DNA from: Candidatus Omnitrophota bacterium
GTDB taxonomy: Bacteria > Omnitrophota > Gorgyraeia > Zapsychrales > Fredricksoniimonadaceae
Assembly: GCA_903959815.1 (NCBI GenBank)
Contig: CAJBYM010000109.1
Span: 2,229-66,228, forward strand
Direction of reading: 5' to 3'
DNA: 64,000 nucleotides
Part shown: in pieces, positions 8,653 through 18,885 of the stretch
Position numbering within the stretch: the stretch's first letter is position 1
How the letters are laid out: the number at the start of each line of letters is the position of its first letter
The notes under the pieces: generated by a model
What the model was told of the DNA's origin: nothing
What the model saw: only the letters and a program-made list of their open reading frames with translations
Databases searched by the model: none
Position numbers and translations under genes: made by a program

Positions 8653-9369
8653 TCACTCCAGAAATTCTTTAACGAACGGATCTGTGGAAGCCCTGAGTTT
8701 TTGTTCCACTCCATCGATAACAATACGTCCCTCATGAAGCACCATCGCACGATCAGCACAACGGAATGCATTCTTCACATCATGGGTCGTGATTACCGTC
8801 GTACATCCCAACTTCTTAGAAAGACCCTTGATCAAGAATGAAATATCCCGGCTGCGGATCGGATCCAGGCCCGATGTGGGTTCATCGCACAATAAGACCT
8901 TAGACCCGGTTACCATGGCCCGCGCCAATGCGGCGCGTTTTCTCATCCCGCCGGAAAGTTGCGATGGATACTTCATACCCGCATCCGCCATATCCACCAT
9001 CTCAAGGAACTCACGGACCTTGCTTTTGATCTCCGCAGCCTTAAGCCCTCCATGTTCACGTAACGGAAAAGCCAAATTCTCCTCAACAGTCATAAAATCA
9101 TACAACGCGCTATCTTGGAACAAATACCCCACATTGCGGCGGAATTTTAAAAGCGCGTGCTCAGGCAAACGGCTGACCTGGACGCCATCAATATCCACCT
9201 CGCCGGAATCGGGCGTCATAAGGCCGATCAAATGCAATAAAAGAACGCTCTTTCCGGTACCGCTTGGACCCAGAACCGCAACGATCTCGCCCGTGGCCAC
9301 ATCAAAATCAATGGCATCAAGCACCTTCTGGCCATTGAACGACTTGGAAAGGCCACGGACCCTGATCAT
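8653..9369 (-). CDS. mlaF: ABC ATPase, MlaF family
   Basis: GPSGTGKS, FQDSALYD, LSGGMRKR, DEPTSGLDP. Confidence 0.9.
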   Translation of the reverse strand: MIRVRGLSKSFNGQKVLDAIDFDVATGEIVAVLGPSGTGKSVLLLHLIGLMTPDSGEVDIDGVQVSRLPEHALLKFRRNVGYLFQDSALYDFMTVEENLAFPLREHGGLKAAEIKSKVREFLEMVDMADAGMKYPSQLSGGMRKRAALARAMVTGSKVLLCDEPTSGLDPIRSRDISFLIKGLSKKLGCTTVITTHDVKNAFRCADRAMVLHEGRIVIDGVEQKLRASTDPFVKEFLE

Positions 9370-9689
9370 TGCTCAAACGCACGGTAACGGTTCTTGGAGA
9401 AATGCGTATAGATGCGTTCAAAAGGACGCACATCGGTTCTTTCAATAAAAAATGGCACCTCGCGGTACGTGCCCGCTTCATAAACTTCAGAGTCCAGCAG
9501 ATTTTCAACCTCATCCATCGGGAACCAGTCTTCCGCCTCAAAAACGATCGGCTCGCCATTACGGATCCATACAGGTTCCGTCAATTGCGTTGAACTGATG
9601 ATCGACGGCTCATTCCCGCGCTGAGGCAAGATACAACCTGCGCACAATGCAGCACACACACCCATCATAACAACCAGGATCTTTTTCAT
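9366..9689 (-). CDS. Hypothetical lipoprotein (107 aa)
   Basis: Start moved to MKKILVVMMG (TGATG overlap with mlaE stop); lipobox-like LCAGC; ATGA overlap with mlaF. Confidence 0.7.
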   Translation of the reverse strand: MKKILVVMMGVCAALCAGCILPQRGNEPSIISSTQLTEPVWIRNGEPIVFEAEDWFPMDEVENLLDSEVYEAGTYREVPFFIERTDVRPFERIYTHFSKNRYRAFEQ

Positions 9690-10459
9690 CAGCTCCCCCA
9701 GAATGTCAAAATGATCTTGGTCAGGATCGTATTGGAGACGATGACCCCGACATAACACATCGCTACCGCTTCCGTCGTATAACGGCCGACACCCAGCGAC
9801 CCGCCTGTGGTAAAGAACCCTTTATAAGAACAGGTCCATCCGATGAGGATCGCAAAAAAGAACACTTTCACAAACCCCGTAAAGAAATCCACGAACCCGA
9901 GGCATTGGATCGTCTGATTCACATAATAGATCGATGGCACATTCGCTTCATGCACGCCGATCATATATCCACCCAAGATCCCCACAAGCTCTGACATAAC
10001 AACCAAGATCGGTAATACGATCAAACACGCAAGAATACGGGGCACAACAAGAAATTCCACAGGATCAACGCCCATCGTACGTGTGGCCATGATCTGGCTG
10101 TTAACACTCATAGTGCCGAGCTCAGCTGCCATACCTGCCCCTGACTTGCCTGAAAATACAAGCGCCGTAAAAACAGGGCTGAGTTCGCGCACCAAAGATA
10201 AGGCCACAAGCTGGGCGATGAATTCCTTTGCACCAAAGCGCTCCATCATAACCCGTCCCTGCATGGCGAGAACAGCGCCGGAAGCAAACGATGCCAGCAT
10301 CACAATAACAAGTGAGCGCACCCCCTGTTCAAAGACCTGTTTGAACACTTCACCCCAGCGCACACGCCCTCTCAAAACGCAAACAAACACGTCCCCCAGG
10401 AAGCATGCCCCGCGTCCTAATGATGCCACACCATTTCTGATCGGAGTCACAATGAACAT
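9689..10459 (-). CDS. mlaE: MlaE family permease
   Basis: RELSPVFTALVFSGKSG..AAELGTM, MGVDPVEFLVVPRILA. Confidence 0.9.
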   Translation of the reverse strand: MFIVTPIRNGVASLGRGACFLGDVFVCVLRGRVRWGEVFKQVFEQGVRSLVIVMLASFASGAVLAMQGRVMMERFGAKEFIAQLVALSLVRELSPVFTALVFSGKSGAGMAAELGTMSVNSQIMATRTMGVDPVEFLVVPRILACLIVLPILVVMSELVGILGGYMIGVHEANVPSIYYVNQTIQCLGFVDFFTGFVKVFFFAILIGWTCSYKGFFTTGGSLGVGRYTTEAVAMCYVGVIVSNTILTKIILTFWGS

Positions 10460-10502
10460 CTAGAGAAATTATAATCCTTTATTCGACTTTTTATCCGCAT
10501 TT

Positions 10503-11015
10503 TCAAGGTTTCTTGCGGACCCACAAGGCTTGCATTTCCTCGTCTATCTTACGCGCCACTGTATGCGGGATGACCTTGCCATCGCCCTCACGCCGGCGCG
10601 TAGCCTCAGACCGCCGCAGGGCCATTGTTTCTTCTTTATATCCTTTGGAAACAAATTCCTCGACGCTCCAGATCCGGGCACCCCGATGCCTGCAGGCCAG
10701 GGCGAGTTCCCTATCATCGGTCACACAGATGATCTCCTGCGGGTCCAAAGACCGTTCCACATATTCACGGATATGATCATCGGCCGACATACCCCGGCTG
10801 AATACAACACGCACATCCAAAGAAGGATCCATCCCCCCGCAAACATCTTCCCGCCCGTCAAAAACCACAAGGATGCCATTACGGTCGCTGCCATGCGGAC
10901 GCCGCTCGCGGATGAACCGAATAAGTCCCGTGCGCCCGTCCTCAAGACGACGCTGAGACAGGTCCGGGATCTTCTTCATCACATTGTACCCGTCGACCAG
11001 GAACTGTCGTGACAT
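10503..11015 (-). CDS. NYN-domain (YacP/Rae1-like) ribonuclease
   Basis: LVDGYNV, VVFDG, SADDHI, VTDDREL. Confidence 0.85.
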   Translation of the reverse strand: MSRQFLVDGYNVMKKIPDLSQRRLEDGRTGLIRFIRERRPHGSDRNGILVVFDGREDVCGGMDPSLDVRVVFSRGMSADDHIREYVERSLDPQEIICVTDDRELALACRHRGARIWSVEEFVSKGYKEETMALRRSEATRRREGDGKVIPHTVARKIDEEMQALWVRKKP

Positions 11016-11934
11016 AAATCACCCCGCCTATAAGACCGATCACGATCACAAAGAAAAAGCTGATCAGACTAAGCCCGATCGCCGCATCAGCACCCACACC
11101 CACTTTTGTAAGAAAAGCCTTCCACCCAACCTCGCGCACACCAAGCCCGCCGATCGAAGGTAAGAATGTAGCCGCTGAAACGATCGGGGCAAAAATTAAA
11201 TAATGCAAAAAGCTCACAGGAAGGTGCATGGCCAGACTGATCAGATAATACAAATAAGCCCCCATGACCTGGACCACGCACGACAAAAGAATACACCCGA
11301 ATCCCGTGCGTTTCTTACCTTTCATGAGACTCACATCCTCATGCATATCCATGATCCCCTTCTGAACCCGAGGGAATTTTGAAACAATCCCGCCGAAAAA
11401 CAGATAGAACTTCTGATTAAACAGCATGCCGCCCACCAGCAAGGAAAGTATGGTCAAAATAACGATCGGAATGATCACAAGAGGAGCATCGACCATGCGG
11501 GTTCCAATGATATAGGCGATCAAGGCCACGATCACAAGCCCCGCAAAGCCACTCAAACGATCGAGCACCACCGACGCAAATACCTTGGGCCTCTGACCCA
11601 CGCCACGGCTTAAGCCAATGGCTTTGATCAAATCGCCCCCGATGGATGTGGGCAAGAAAAGATTCCCAAAAAGACCAATGAAAAAGTAGCGGCAAACTTG
11701 CCAGAATGAAGCATTCAGCCCGAGCGCCTTCATGAACAACATCCAACGCAAAAGCACAACAAACTGGATAACCACCGTCACGGCGAACGCGGCACATAAA
11801 AGCGCTGGATCAGCCTGACGAACAGCAACGATGATATCTTTCCAGTTCACCTGCATAAAAAGCCAGCCCAAAAGCACGGCACTTAAGCCCAGTCGTCCAC
11901 AAAATGAAAGCAGATTCTTTACTCTCTCCGTCAT
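10942..11934 (-). CDS. UPF0104 / lysylphosphatidylglycerol-synthase TM-domain flippase-like protein
   Basis: RW, N.FLPTSIGGD, DRLSG, PSIGGLGVRE. Confidence 0.85.
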   Translation of the reverse strand: MTERVKNLLSFCGRLGLSAVLLGWLFMQVNWKDIIVAVRQADPALLCAAFAVTVVIQFVVLLRWMLFMKALGLNASFWQVCRYFFIGLFGNLFLPTSIGGDLIKAIGLSRGVGQRPKVFASVVLDRLSGFAGLVIVALIAYIIGTRMVDAPLVIIPIVILTILSLLVGGMLFNQKFYLFFGGIVSKFPRVQKGIMDMHEDVSLMKGKKRTGFGCILLSCVVQVMGAYLYYLISLAMHLPVSFLHYLIFAPIVSAATFLPSIGGLGVREVGWKAFLTKVGVGADAAIGLSLISFFFVIVIGLIGGVIYVTTVPGRRVQCDEEDPGPVSASS

Positions 11935-12836
11935 ATCGAAGCGCCCTCCAGCGCAGTACTATAAACTTCGTCAGCCATAAAAGAACTGCGGACCAGCGGA
12001 CCTGAAAAAATCTGCCTTAAGCCCGTAGCTAGCCCTTCCCGACGATACATCTCAAACACAGACGGATCAACAAACCGATCGACTGGGACCTGCCGGCCAT
12101 CCGCCTGAGGCGCCAGGTATTGCCCGACGGTCACAATATCACATCCTGCCTTTTGAAGCTCAGCCAATGCCTGCAGAACTTCCGTATCTGTTTCGCCCAA
12201 CCCGACCATGAGACCCGATTTGACCAAATGCTCACCCGGCACCTGCCGTAACATGCGCAAGGCCAACAGCGAACGATCATGATCCGCCTGAGGCCTTAAT
12301 GCGCCCGATATCCGTCGCACTGTTTCCAAATTATGCCCGATCACATCGGGCCCTGCCGCGGCCACAACTTCAAAACATTCACGTCGTGCAGAAAAGTCCG
12401 GCACTAAAACCTCAACCTTGATCCCTGCAGAGATCTCTTTCACACAACGCACAGTCTGAGCAAAATGCCCTGCACCCTCATCCGGAAGATCATCCCGCGT
12501 CACAGATGTCAGGACAACATATTTAAGTCCCAGCTCTTTGACCGCAGCCGCGATCCGCCGGGGTTCATCCTGATCAAGAGAAGAGGGATCTGCATGTTTA
12601 ACCGCACAAAACCGGCATGCACGCGTGCATGCATCTCCCAGGATCATAAACGTGGCTGTGCGCTTAGCCCAACAACGTCCCGTATTAGGACAACGAGCTC
12701 CTTCACACACCGTATGTAATGCATGTGCTTTCAACACACCGCGCATACGACCAAGAGCCGTAGCATCCGGCAACTGTTGCCTGAACCACGATGGAAGATC
12801 ACCCACGGGGTGCACGCTTTCGATGCGACGATTCAA
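11931..12836 (-). CDS. lipA: Lipoyl synthase
   Basis: CX4CX5C (CEGARCPNTGRC), CX3CX2C, C-terminal RSS. Confidence 0.95.
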   Translation of the reverse strand: MNRRIESVHPVGDLPSWFRQQLPDATALGRMRGVLKAHALHTVCEGARCPNTGRCWAKRTATFMILGDACTRACRFCAVKHADPSSLDQDEPRRIAAAVKELGLKYVVLTSVTRDDLPDEGAGHFAQTVRCVKEISAGIKVEVLVPDFSARRECFEVVAAAGPDVIGHNLETVRRISGALRPQADHDRSLLALRMLRQVPGEHLVKSGLMVGLGETDTEVLQALAELQKAGCDIVTVGQYLAPQADGRQVPVDRFVDPSVFEMYRREGLATGLRQIFSGPLVRSSFMADEVYSTALEGASI

Positions 12837-13317
12837 GCGCGGCCAGTTGATCTTTAAATTTCAATTTTTCCGCTCGGGAGGCGTGATCAATGATCGCGCG
12901 CCCGTTTAAGTGATCGATCTCATGCTGAAAAACTTTCGCAGGGATGCCGGTCAATTCCGCTTCGATCGTTTCATTACGCTCACTCAAATACTTCACACGG
13001 ATAGCCTCGGGACGCTTGACTTTGATATGAATACCTGGAAAACTTAAACACCCCTCTTCCAGGACTGTCTGTTTAACAGATGCCTGAATGATCTCGGGAT
13101 TAATGACGGCAAAAGGCCCTTCACCGATATCCGCCACAAAGATCTTGGCTTCGATCCCGACCTGATTAGCGGCAAGCCCCGTGCCGTCAAAAGCATACAT
13201 GGCAGGGATCATCTCCCTGATCAGCATCCTCTCCGCCGGGCCAACCGCAAGGACAGGCCGTGCAGGTTTGCGCAAACACGGATCACCGTAAGTTCTAAGC
13301 CTTAATTTTATTGTCAT
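12799..13317 (-). CDS. def: Peptide deformylase
   Basis: GTGLAANQ, EGCLS, QHEIDH. Confidence 0.95.
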   Translation of the reverse strand: MTIKLRLRTYGDPCLRKPARPVLAVGPAERMLIREMIPAMYAFDGTGLAANQVGIEAKIFVADIGEGPFAVINPEIIQASVKQTVLEEGCLSFPGIHIKVKRPEAIRVKYLSERNETIEAELTGIPAKVFQHEIDHLNGRAIIDHASRAEKLKFKDQLAALESSHRKRAPRG

Positions 13318-13645
13318 CGGTTAAATGCGCTGTGCGGATCTTCATCGTCTTGGCCTCATCAGGAGTGATCAGGGCATAACTGACGATGATGAGTTTATCG
13401 CCAACATAACCCATGCGCGCGGCAGGGCCATTAAGACAAACATGGCCGGAACCAGCTTTGCCGGCAATGACATACGTTTCCAGGCGCGCACCATTATTCA
13501 CATTGAAGATCTCAACCTTCTCGCCGGGAAGAATACCCACGGCCTGGATGATATCCTCATCAATGGTAATGCTGCCTTCATAATAAAGTTCAGCTGCCGT
13601 AACGCGGGCATTGGAGATCTTGGCTTTACAGAACGTGAGGAACAT
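13295..13645 (-). CDS. panD: Aspartate 1-decarboxylase
   Basis: YEG/SITID cleavage site, NGARLETY, LNGPAAR. Confidence 0.95.
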   Translation of the reverse strand: MFLTFCKAKISNARVTAAELYYEGSITIDEDIIQAVGILPGEKVEIFNVNNGARLETYVIAGKAGSGHVCLNGPAARMGYVGDKLIIVSYALITPDEAKTMKIRTAHLTDDNKIKA

Positions 13646-13675
13646 AGTCGGAAAAACTCCTTCAGCAGCCCTCTG

Positions 13676-13999
13676 TTAGATCTGGGCTTTTAATTTTTCG
13701 AGCAAGCGAACTTTAGGAAGCGCGCCCACCATCTGGTCAACGACCTGACCATTTTTAAAGATAAGAAGTGTGGGGATCGAAGCCACATCAAACCGTGCCG
13801 CCAGATCCGGCGAATCATCAACATTAACCTTGCACACCTTGGCCTGCGCGGCCAGTTCAACGGCGATCTCATCGACAATAGGTAAAACCATCCGGCAAGG
13901 ACCGCACCATTCAGCCCAAAAATCGACCAGGACCGGAACCGTGGATTTCAAAACTTCAGCTTCAAAATTATCTGCTGTTACTTTAATGGCAGCACCCAT
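13676..13999 (-). CDS. trxA: Thioredoxin
   Basis: DFWAEWCGPC. Confidence 0.95.
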   Translation of the reverse strand: MGAAIKVTADNFEAEVLKSTVPVLVDFWAEWCGPCRMVLPIVDEIAVELAAQAKVCKVNVDDSPDLAARFDVASIPTLLIFKNGQVVDQMVGALPKVRLLEKLKAQI

Positions 14000-14097
14000 A
14001 AAATCCTCCTTGAATAATAAATACTAATTAAGTGGCTCATTATAATGACCACAACCCTGGGCCGCAAGTACTTTCAGCCGATGCTTCAAGCAAAAAA

Positions 14098-14238
14098 TCA
14101 ACGCCCTTTATTGGACGGGCCCATCGCTTTTGTCGGACGAACGGGCGAAACCTTAAACCCCGTGCCCTTTTTATTGCCCTGATCCCGCAAAAGACGGGCA
14201 ATGTCTTTCTGACGGTTGTTCGGAATCCCTTTTGACAT
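14098..14238 (-). CDS. Small basic protein, 46 aa (not in ORF track)
   Basis: SD GGGGAGG then MSKGIPNNRQKDIARLLRDQGNKKGTGFKVSPVRPTKAMGPSNKGR*. Confidence 0.55.
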   Translation of the reverse strand: MSKGIPNNRQKDIARLLRDQGNKKGTGFKVSPVRPTKAMGPSNKGR

Positions 14239-14255
14239 AAATCCTCCCCCTTGCT

Positions 14256-15008
14256 TTAAAATCGGTATGTCAACCCTGCGACAGCGCTCACAACATAATT
14301 CTTATCAATGATCGGACTTTTCCGGATCGTACTTCCCAGCGATTCCACCCCCAGCATCGTAACAACAATAAGTCTCTTGGAAAGACCGGTGGTGAAAAGC
14401 ATGTTCGCAAAAGGAACCATGGCCCCGTCCGGTGTATAGGCCGGTCGGCCAGCGCGAACTTCACTGTCACGCACCCCATAATAATAATCCACCAAAGATT
14501 TGCTCTGATATCGCACGCCCAATGACGGGACTACGCGAACAATATTCCATTTAAAAGAACGACGCAGCCAAAGCTCATACTCCAGACCATCAGAACGTCC
14601 CAACGTATCGGCAAGGACTTTGCCGCCAAGGATGACCCGATCCCATGGCAAAGCATACTCTGCCTTAACGCCAGCATCAACAGATCCGCGACGATCGTCC
14701 ATCCCGCTCAATGTCGAACTATCCTCGGAACTATACCCCATGAACCGGGGCACAACAATAGCGCTCAGCGCCCAATCTTCATTCTTGAAGAAACGGTATC
14801 CCATCTCGACGCCCTTGATATAAAAATTCTTGTACTCACCCGTCAAGAACGGCAGCGGCGACACCCTCGTCTTAACACCTTCATAAGGCCTGGTCGAAAC
14901 GATCATACCTGCGCCTGCCAGATTCAACACCTCTTTATCAACTGCTGCAAAAACCTGAGAACAGATGCCCATGAGCAATACGATCAACAATCCAATGCGT
15001 AACATCAT
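14256..15008 (-). CDS. MipA/OmpV family outer-membrane protein
   Basis: Signal peptide, PYEG, DYYYGV..E, IRKSPII, C-terminal YRF; start moved to MMLRIG. Confidence 0.85.
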   Translation of the reverse strand: MMLRIGLLIVLLMGICSQVFAAVDKEVLNLAGAGMIVSTRPYEGVKTRVSPLPFLTGEYKNFYIKGVEMGYRFFKNEDWALSAIVVPRFMGYSSEDSSTLSGMDDRRGSVDAGVKAEYALPWDRVILGGKVLADTLGRSDGLEYELWLRRSFKWNIVRVVPSLGVRYQSKSLVDYYYGVRDSEVRAGRPAYTPDGAMVPFANMLFTTGLSKRLIVVTMLGVESLGSTIRKSPIIDKNYVVSAVAGLTYRF

Positions 15009-15110
15009 AAACCTCAACTTATAAGGACCCGTCCTGTAGCCCAAGGTTAAAAAGAGAATAAATAACTATACCAAATGATGTAACAACCAGGGAGTGGTTT
15101 TTACATCCTA

Positions 15111-15947
15111 TTATTCCACCAGCTTCGCCGTCACGCTTGTGAAAACCGGTGCTTTGATCACAACCTCAAGCGGCAACTTTCTCTCATCATCGGTCACATA
15201 TCCGCTGGCACGTCCTTCACGGAACTCATCGCCGTTGATCTTTGCAAAAGGAATAAGGTGCAGCACGGCGCGATGATTTAACTGAGAACGGCCTCCTGTC
15301 GACACATAAAGATCATAAACTTTTTCGCTATTGCAAACTTTGAAGGTAAACATTTTACCTGGAACCAATGGCAAAAGACGGCCCATATAAGCCGCGGTCA
15401 AGGAATCCTGCACACCCGCCGGGATATCAAAGGTCTTTTCTGTCCCATCCGCCGCATTCTTAAAATAAGCCTTGCCTGCCTGATGATCAAAGTCTGTGAC
15501 GGCATCTTTATGGTACGAACCTTCATGACGATGTTCTTCATACCGCAGCGAGTAAAGGTTCTCCGCATCAAAATAAGAACGGTAATGATCATCGACCCGG
15601 TAAAATGTAGAAATAAAACCGGATGTGCGCCCCGTAACCTCCAATAAATAACACGAGCGGCCCTTCCAATCAACCTTACCCCGGATCTCAGCCACCAGTT
15701 CGCCCGCCGTGATCCCCATCCATTTCACCCGAAAAACCAAACGCTCATGTTCCGGCAAAGCCTGCCGCACAGAAACAGCTGTAGCCACCTCGACTCTGGA
15801 TAACATCTCTTGCGAAGAGACTTTGAGCGTAGACGCGCAGCCGCCCAAACTTTGAAGAGCCGCCACAGCAAGACCCAAAAGAAATATGTTAAACTTCTTT
15901 ATAGGAGGCATCTGAAAATTATAATGAATACCGTTATGCTCTTTCAT
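15111..15947 (-). CDS. DUF3108-like exported protein (possible lipoprotein)
   Basis: E.LVFRVKWMGITAG, FYRVDD.YRSY, QDSLTA.Y, TDDERKLP; LGGC lipobox-like; alternative start 15911. Confidence 0.7.
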   Translation of the reverse strand: MKEHNGIHYNFQMPPIKKFNIFLLGLAVAALQSLGGCASTLKVSSQEMLSRVEVATAVSVRQALPEHERLVFRVKWMGITAGELVAEIRGKVDWKGRSCYLLEVTGRTSGFISTFYRVDDHYRSYFDAENLYSLRYEEHRHEGSYHKDAVTDFDHQAGKAYFKNAADGTEKTFDIPAGVQDSLTAAYMGRLLPLVPGKMFTFKVCNSEKVYDLYVSTGGRSQLNHRAVLHLIPFAKINGDEFREGRASGYVTDDERKLPLEVVIKAPVFTSVTAKLVE

Positions 15948-15977
15948 TAGACTTTATTCTACCAAGGCAGGTGACTT

Positions 15978-17312
15978 ATGGCAGAAAAAACCACCAAATT
16001 ATTCGTCCTTGATACGAACGTCATCCTCCACGACAGTGCCTGTCTTCACCAGTTCAAAGAACACGATGTTGTCATCCCCATCACCGTCATTGAAGAACTC
16101 GATAAATTCAAAAAGGGCAATGAGACCTTAAACTTCCACGCACGTCATTTCCTCAAAGAACTCGATAAGATCTCATCCGAAGGCATTTTCAACGGCGGCA
16201 TCCCGATCGGTAAAAAGAAAGGGCTGCTCATCGTAAAGCTCGACCAAAAGTTCCATGCAGACCTGAAACCCAACTTCGAATCGGACAAACCCGACCACAA
16301 GATCCTCAATTGTGCTTATTGCCTTTCCAAAGAAAACCCTAACCGCGAAGTCACCTTGGTCACCAAAGACGTGAATCTGCGTGTCAAGGCCAAGGCCGCG
16401 CATCTGATCGCGGAAGATTACACCACCGATCACGTCAAAGATATTTCGACCATCTATAAAGGCTACCGCTTTGAAGAGAACGTCTCCCGTGAGACGATCA
16501 ACCGCCTGTGCCACGATGCCAGCGGCGTTTCGCCCAAGAATTTCAAATCACGCACACGGCTGCACCCCAATGAATTCATCGTCGCCCGCAATAAGGAAAT
16601 GTCCGCTCTTGGCTACGTCGACCCTCAAGACATGATGGTTAAACACATTACCAAGATCCAGGCCTCTGACATCAAACCCCGTAACGTCGAACAGATGTTC
16701 GCCCTGCATGCACTGATGAACGAGCATATCCGGCTGGTCACCGTCTCCGGAAAAGCGGGAACAGGAAAAACGCTCCTGGCGCTCGCAGCCGCGCTCGAAC
16801 AAAAAGACAACTACAAGCAGATCTTCCTTGCACGTCCCATCGTCGCTTTATCCAATCGCGACCTGGGATACTTGCCCGGCAGCATCGATGAAAAGATCGG
16901 ACCCTACATGCAGCCGTTATACGATAACCTGGGTGTCATCCAGGACCGGCTGATCGAGAACGTAGAACGGCGCGGCAAAAAATTCCAGAAGCTCCTCGAT
17001 GAAGAAAAACTCGTGATCGCGCCTCTGGCCTATATCCGCGGACGAAGCCTGGTCGACACTTACTTCATTGTTGATGAAGCACAAAACCTCACGCCCCATG
17101 AAATCAAAACCATCATCACCCGTGCGGGCGAAAACACAAAGATGGTCTTCACCGGTGACATTTTCCAGATCGACCATCCTTATCTGGATATTTATTCCAA
17201 TGGATTAAGCTACCTGATCGATAAGATGCAGGGCCAAAAACTTTACACCCACATTTTCCTGGAAAAAGGCGAACGTTCCGAATTGGCAGAGCTGGCCAGC
17301 GACTTGTTATAA
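15978..17312 (+). CDS. PIN-PhoH fusion protein (PhoH2/YlaK-like)
   Basis: VLDTNV, EELD PIN motifs; GKAGTGKT, RGRS, DEAQN. Confidence 0.92.
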   Translation: MAEKTTKLFVLDTNVILHDSACLHQFKEHDVVIPITVIEELDKFKKGNETLNFHARHFLKELDKISSEGIFNGGIPIGKKKGLLIVKLDQKFHADLKPNFESDKPDHKILNCAYCLSKENPNREVTLVTKDVNLRVKAKAAHLIAEDYTTDHVKDISTIYKGYRFEENVSRETINRLCHDASGVSPKNFKSRTRLHPNEFIVARNKEMSALGYVDPQDMMVKHITKIQASDIKPRNVEQMFALHALMNEHIRLVTVSGKAGTGKTLLALAAALEQKDNYKQIFLARPIVALSNRDLGYLPGSIDEKIGPYMQPLYDNLGVIQDRLIENVERRGKKFQKLLDEEKLVIAPLAYIRGRSLVDTYFIVDEAQNLTPHEIKTIITRAGENTKMVFTGDIFQIDHPYLDIYSNGLSYLIDKMQGQKLYTHIFLEKGERSELAELASDLL

Positions 17313-17326
17313 AAACCGAAGGAGTA

Positions 17327-17656
17327 TTACCACTTCTTAAACACGAAGAATACAGCGGCGAGGATAAAGAGGAAGCCGACAATATAGTTCCATTTCAATT
17401 CTTCTTTGAGATACAAGACCGAGAACACACAAAAAACAAGGAGCGTAATAACCTCCTGGATCATCTTTAACTGCCCCGTTGTGAACTGTGACGATCCCCA
17501 ACGGTTCGCAGGCACCATAAAACAATATTCCACAAAAGCGATGCCCCAACTGACCAGGATCACAAGCCACAAGGCCTTATCTTTAAATCTCAAATGCCCA
17601 TACCAGGCAAATGTCATAAAGATATTAGAGATGGTCAAAAGGATGATCGTTGTCAT
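17327..17656 (-). CDS. DMT-family small membrane protein (DUF486)
   Basis: SNIFMTFAWYGHL, SWGIAFVEY, QLKMIQEVITL. Confidence 0.9.
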   Translation of the reverse strand: MTTIILLTISNIFMTFAWYGHLRFKDKALWLVILVSWGIAFVEYCFMVPANRWGSSQFTTGQLKMIQEVITLLVFCVFSVLYLKEELKWNYIVGFLFILAAVFFVFKKW

Positions 17657-18885
17657 GCCTTAACTTTCTTCGCGATCGCGCGCGCTGCGGCCATGGCACT
17701 GGCCCACGCCCAATGCAGATTAAATCCCCCGATACGCCCGTCGACATCCACAACCTCTCCCGCAAAATAAAGATTTTCCTGCAACCGGGATTCAAGGGTC
17801 GCTCCTTTAAGTTCATTGAGATCCACGCCACCGGCCGTCACCTCAGCTTTATCGTAGCCCATCGCTTCCTGGATCGGAAGCACACAGCCCCTGAGCATTC
17901 CTGCCAATGCCTTCTTTTCTTTTTGGCTCATCTCACCCAAAAATAACCGGGGATCAAGACCTGCTGATTCGATCAAAGCAATCGCCAGACGTTCCGGAAG
18001 AAATTGCGAAACAATATTCTTCACACTGCGCTTGAGGGACGTAGGCGCAAGCAAAAACTCAATGCCATCCCCCTTCATCTGCGGCATAAAATCCGCACTG
18101 ATTCCACAACCCGGCTTAGCTTTGACCACCGACCAGTGACCGCTCATTTCCATGGGTGCCGGACCACTGAAACCATTATGCGTAAAAAGAAGCGGCCCCT
18201 CCAGCGAGCGCAGCTTGCGGCCTTCAGCCCAAAGCGACAAACGCACGGGCACAACGATCCCCGCCAGATTGGAAAAAATGCTGTCAGGCGCAAGAAACGG
18301 CGTTAACGCCGGACGTGTGGGGACGATCTTATGCCCGAACATCCCGGCCAAAACATATCCCGCTCCATCCGAGCCCGTGGCCGGATACGACAAGCCGCCC
18401 GTCGTTACGAGGACGGCGCGCGCGCATTCGATATGTTCCTGCCCAATAACATTGAATGCCGCATCCTGAAGCGCCAAGGCATTAACACGCCAATTATAAG
18501 TCATATGAGCACCACTCTCCAAAGCCGCACGTACCAGTGCATCCCGGACCGTACGGGCTTTATCATCCGCGGAAAAGAATTCGCCCGTTTCCTGCAGGGC
18601 CAGCGGCGCACCCCAGCGTTCAAAGAAATCAACAGCCTGCGCAGGTGTGAAAGTCTTCAAGACATGGCGCAAGATATGCGGACAGCCAGCCGAATAATCT
18701 TTCTCCCCCAAACGCGCGTTGGTGACATTGCAACGCCCCCCGCCGGAAATAAGGATCTTCAAGCCGGGCTCGCGCTGGCCTTCCAAAACAAGGACATCCA
18801 ACCCCAAATGCGACGCTTCCGCGGCGGCCATCAGCCCCGCAGCACCAGCGCCAATGATGATAAGATCGTAAGTATGTTTTTTCAT
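17653..18885 (-). CDS. HI0933/BaiN (YhiN-like) flavoprotein
   Basis: GAGAAG, KILISGGGRCNVTN, LFTHNGFSGP, VTAGGV, GGFNL; start moved to MKKHT. Confidence 0.9.
   Translation of the reverse strand: MKKHTYDLIIIGAGAAGLMAAAEASHLGLDVLVLEGQREPGLKILISGGGRCNVTNARLGEKDYSAGCPHILRHVLKTFTPAQAVDFFERWGAPLALQETGEFFSADDKARTVRDALVRAALESGAHMTYNWRVNALALQDAAFNVIGQEHIECARAVLVTTGGLSYPATGSDGAGYVLAGMFGHKIVPTRPALTPFLAPDSIFSNLAGIVVPVRLSLWAEGRKLRSLEGPLLFTHNGFSGPAPMEMSGHWSVVKAKPGCGISADFMPQMKGDGIEFLLAPTSLKRSVKNIVSQFLPERLAIALIESAGLDPRLFLGEMSQKEKKALAGMLRGCVLPIQEAMGYDKAEVTAGGVDLNELKGATLESRLQENLYFAGEVVDVDGRIGGFNLHWAWASAMAAARAIAKKVKA

Noticed and set aside
13295-13645. PanD has KISN instead of the usual KIHR
   Set aside because: Lys9, the Gly-Ser cleavage site, Arg54, Thr57 and Tyr58 are intact, so this is probably tolerated variation.
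15978-17312. PIN-PhoH as a toxin-antitoxin or defence gene
   Set aside because: It is a widespread known family, with no antitoxin-like ORF upstream and no defence context.
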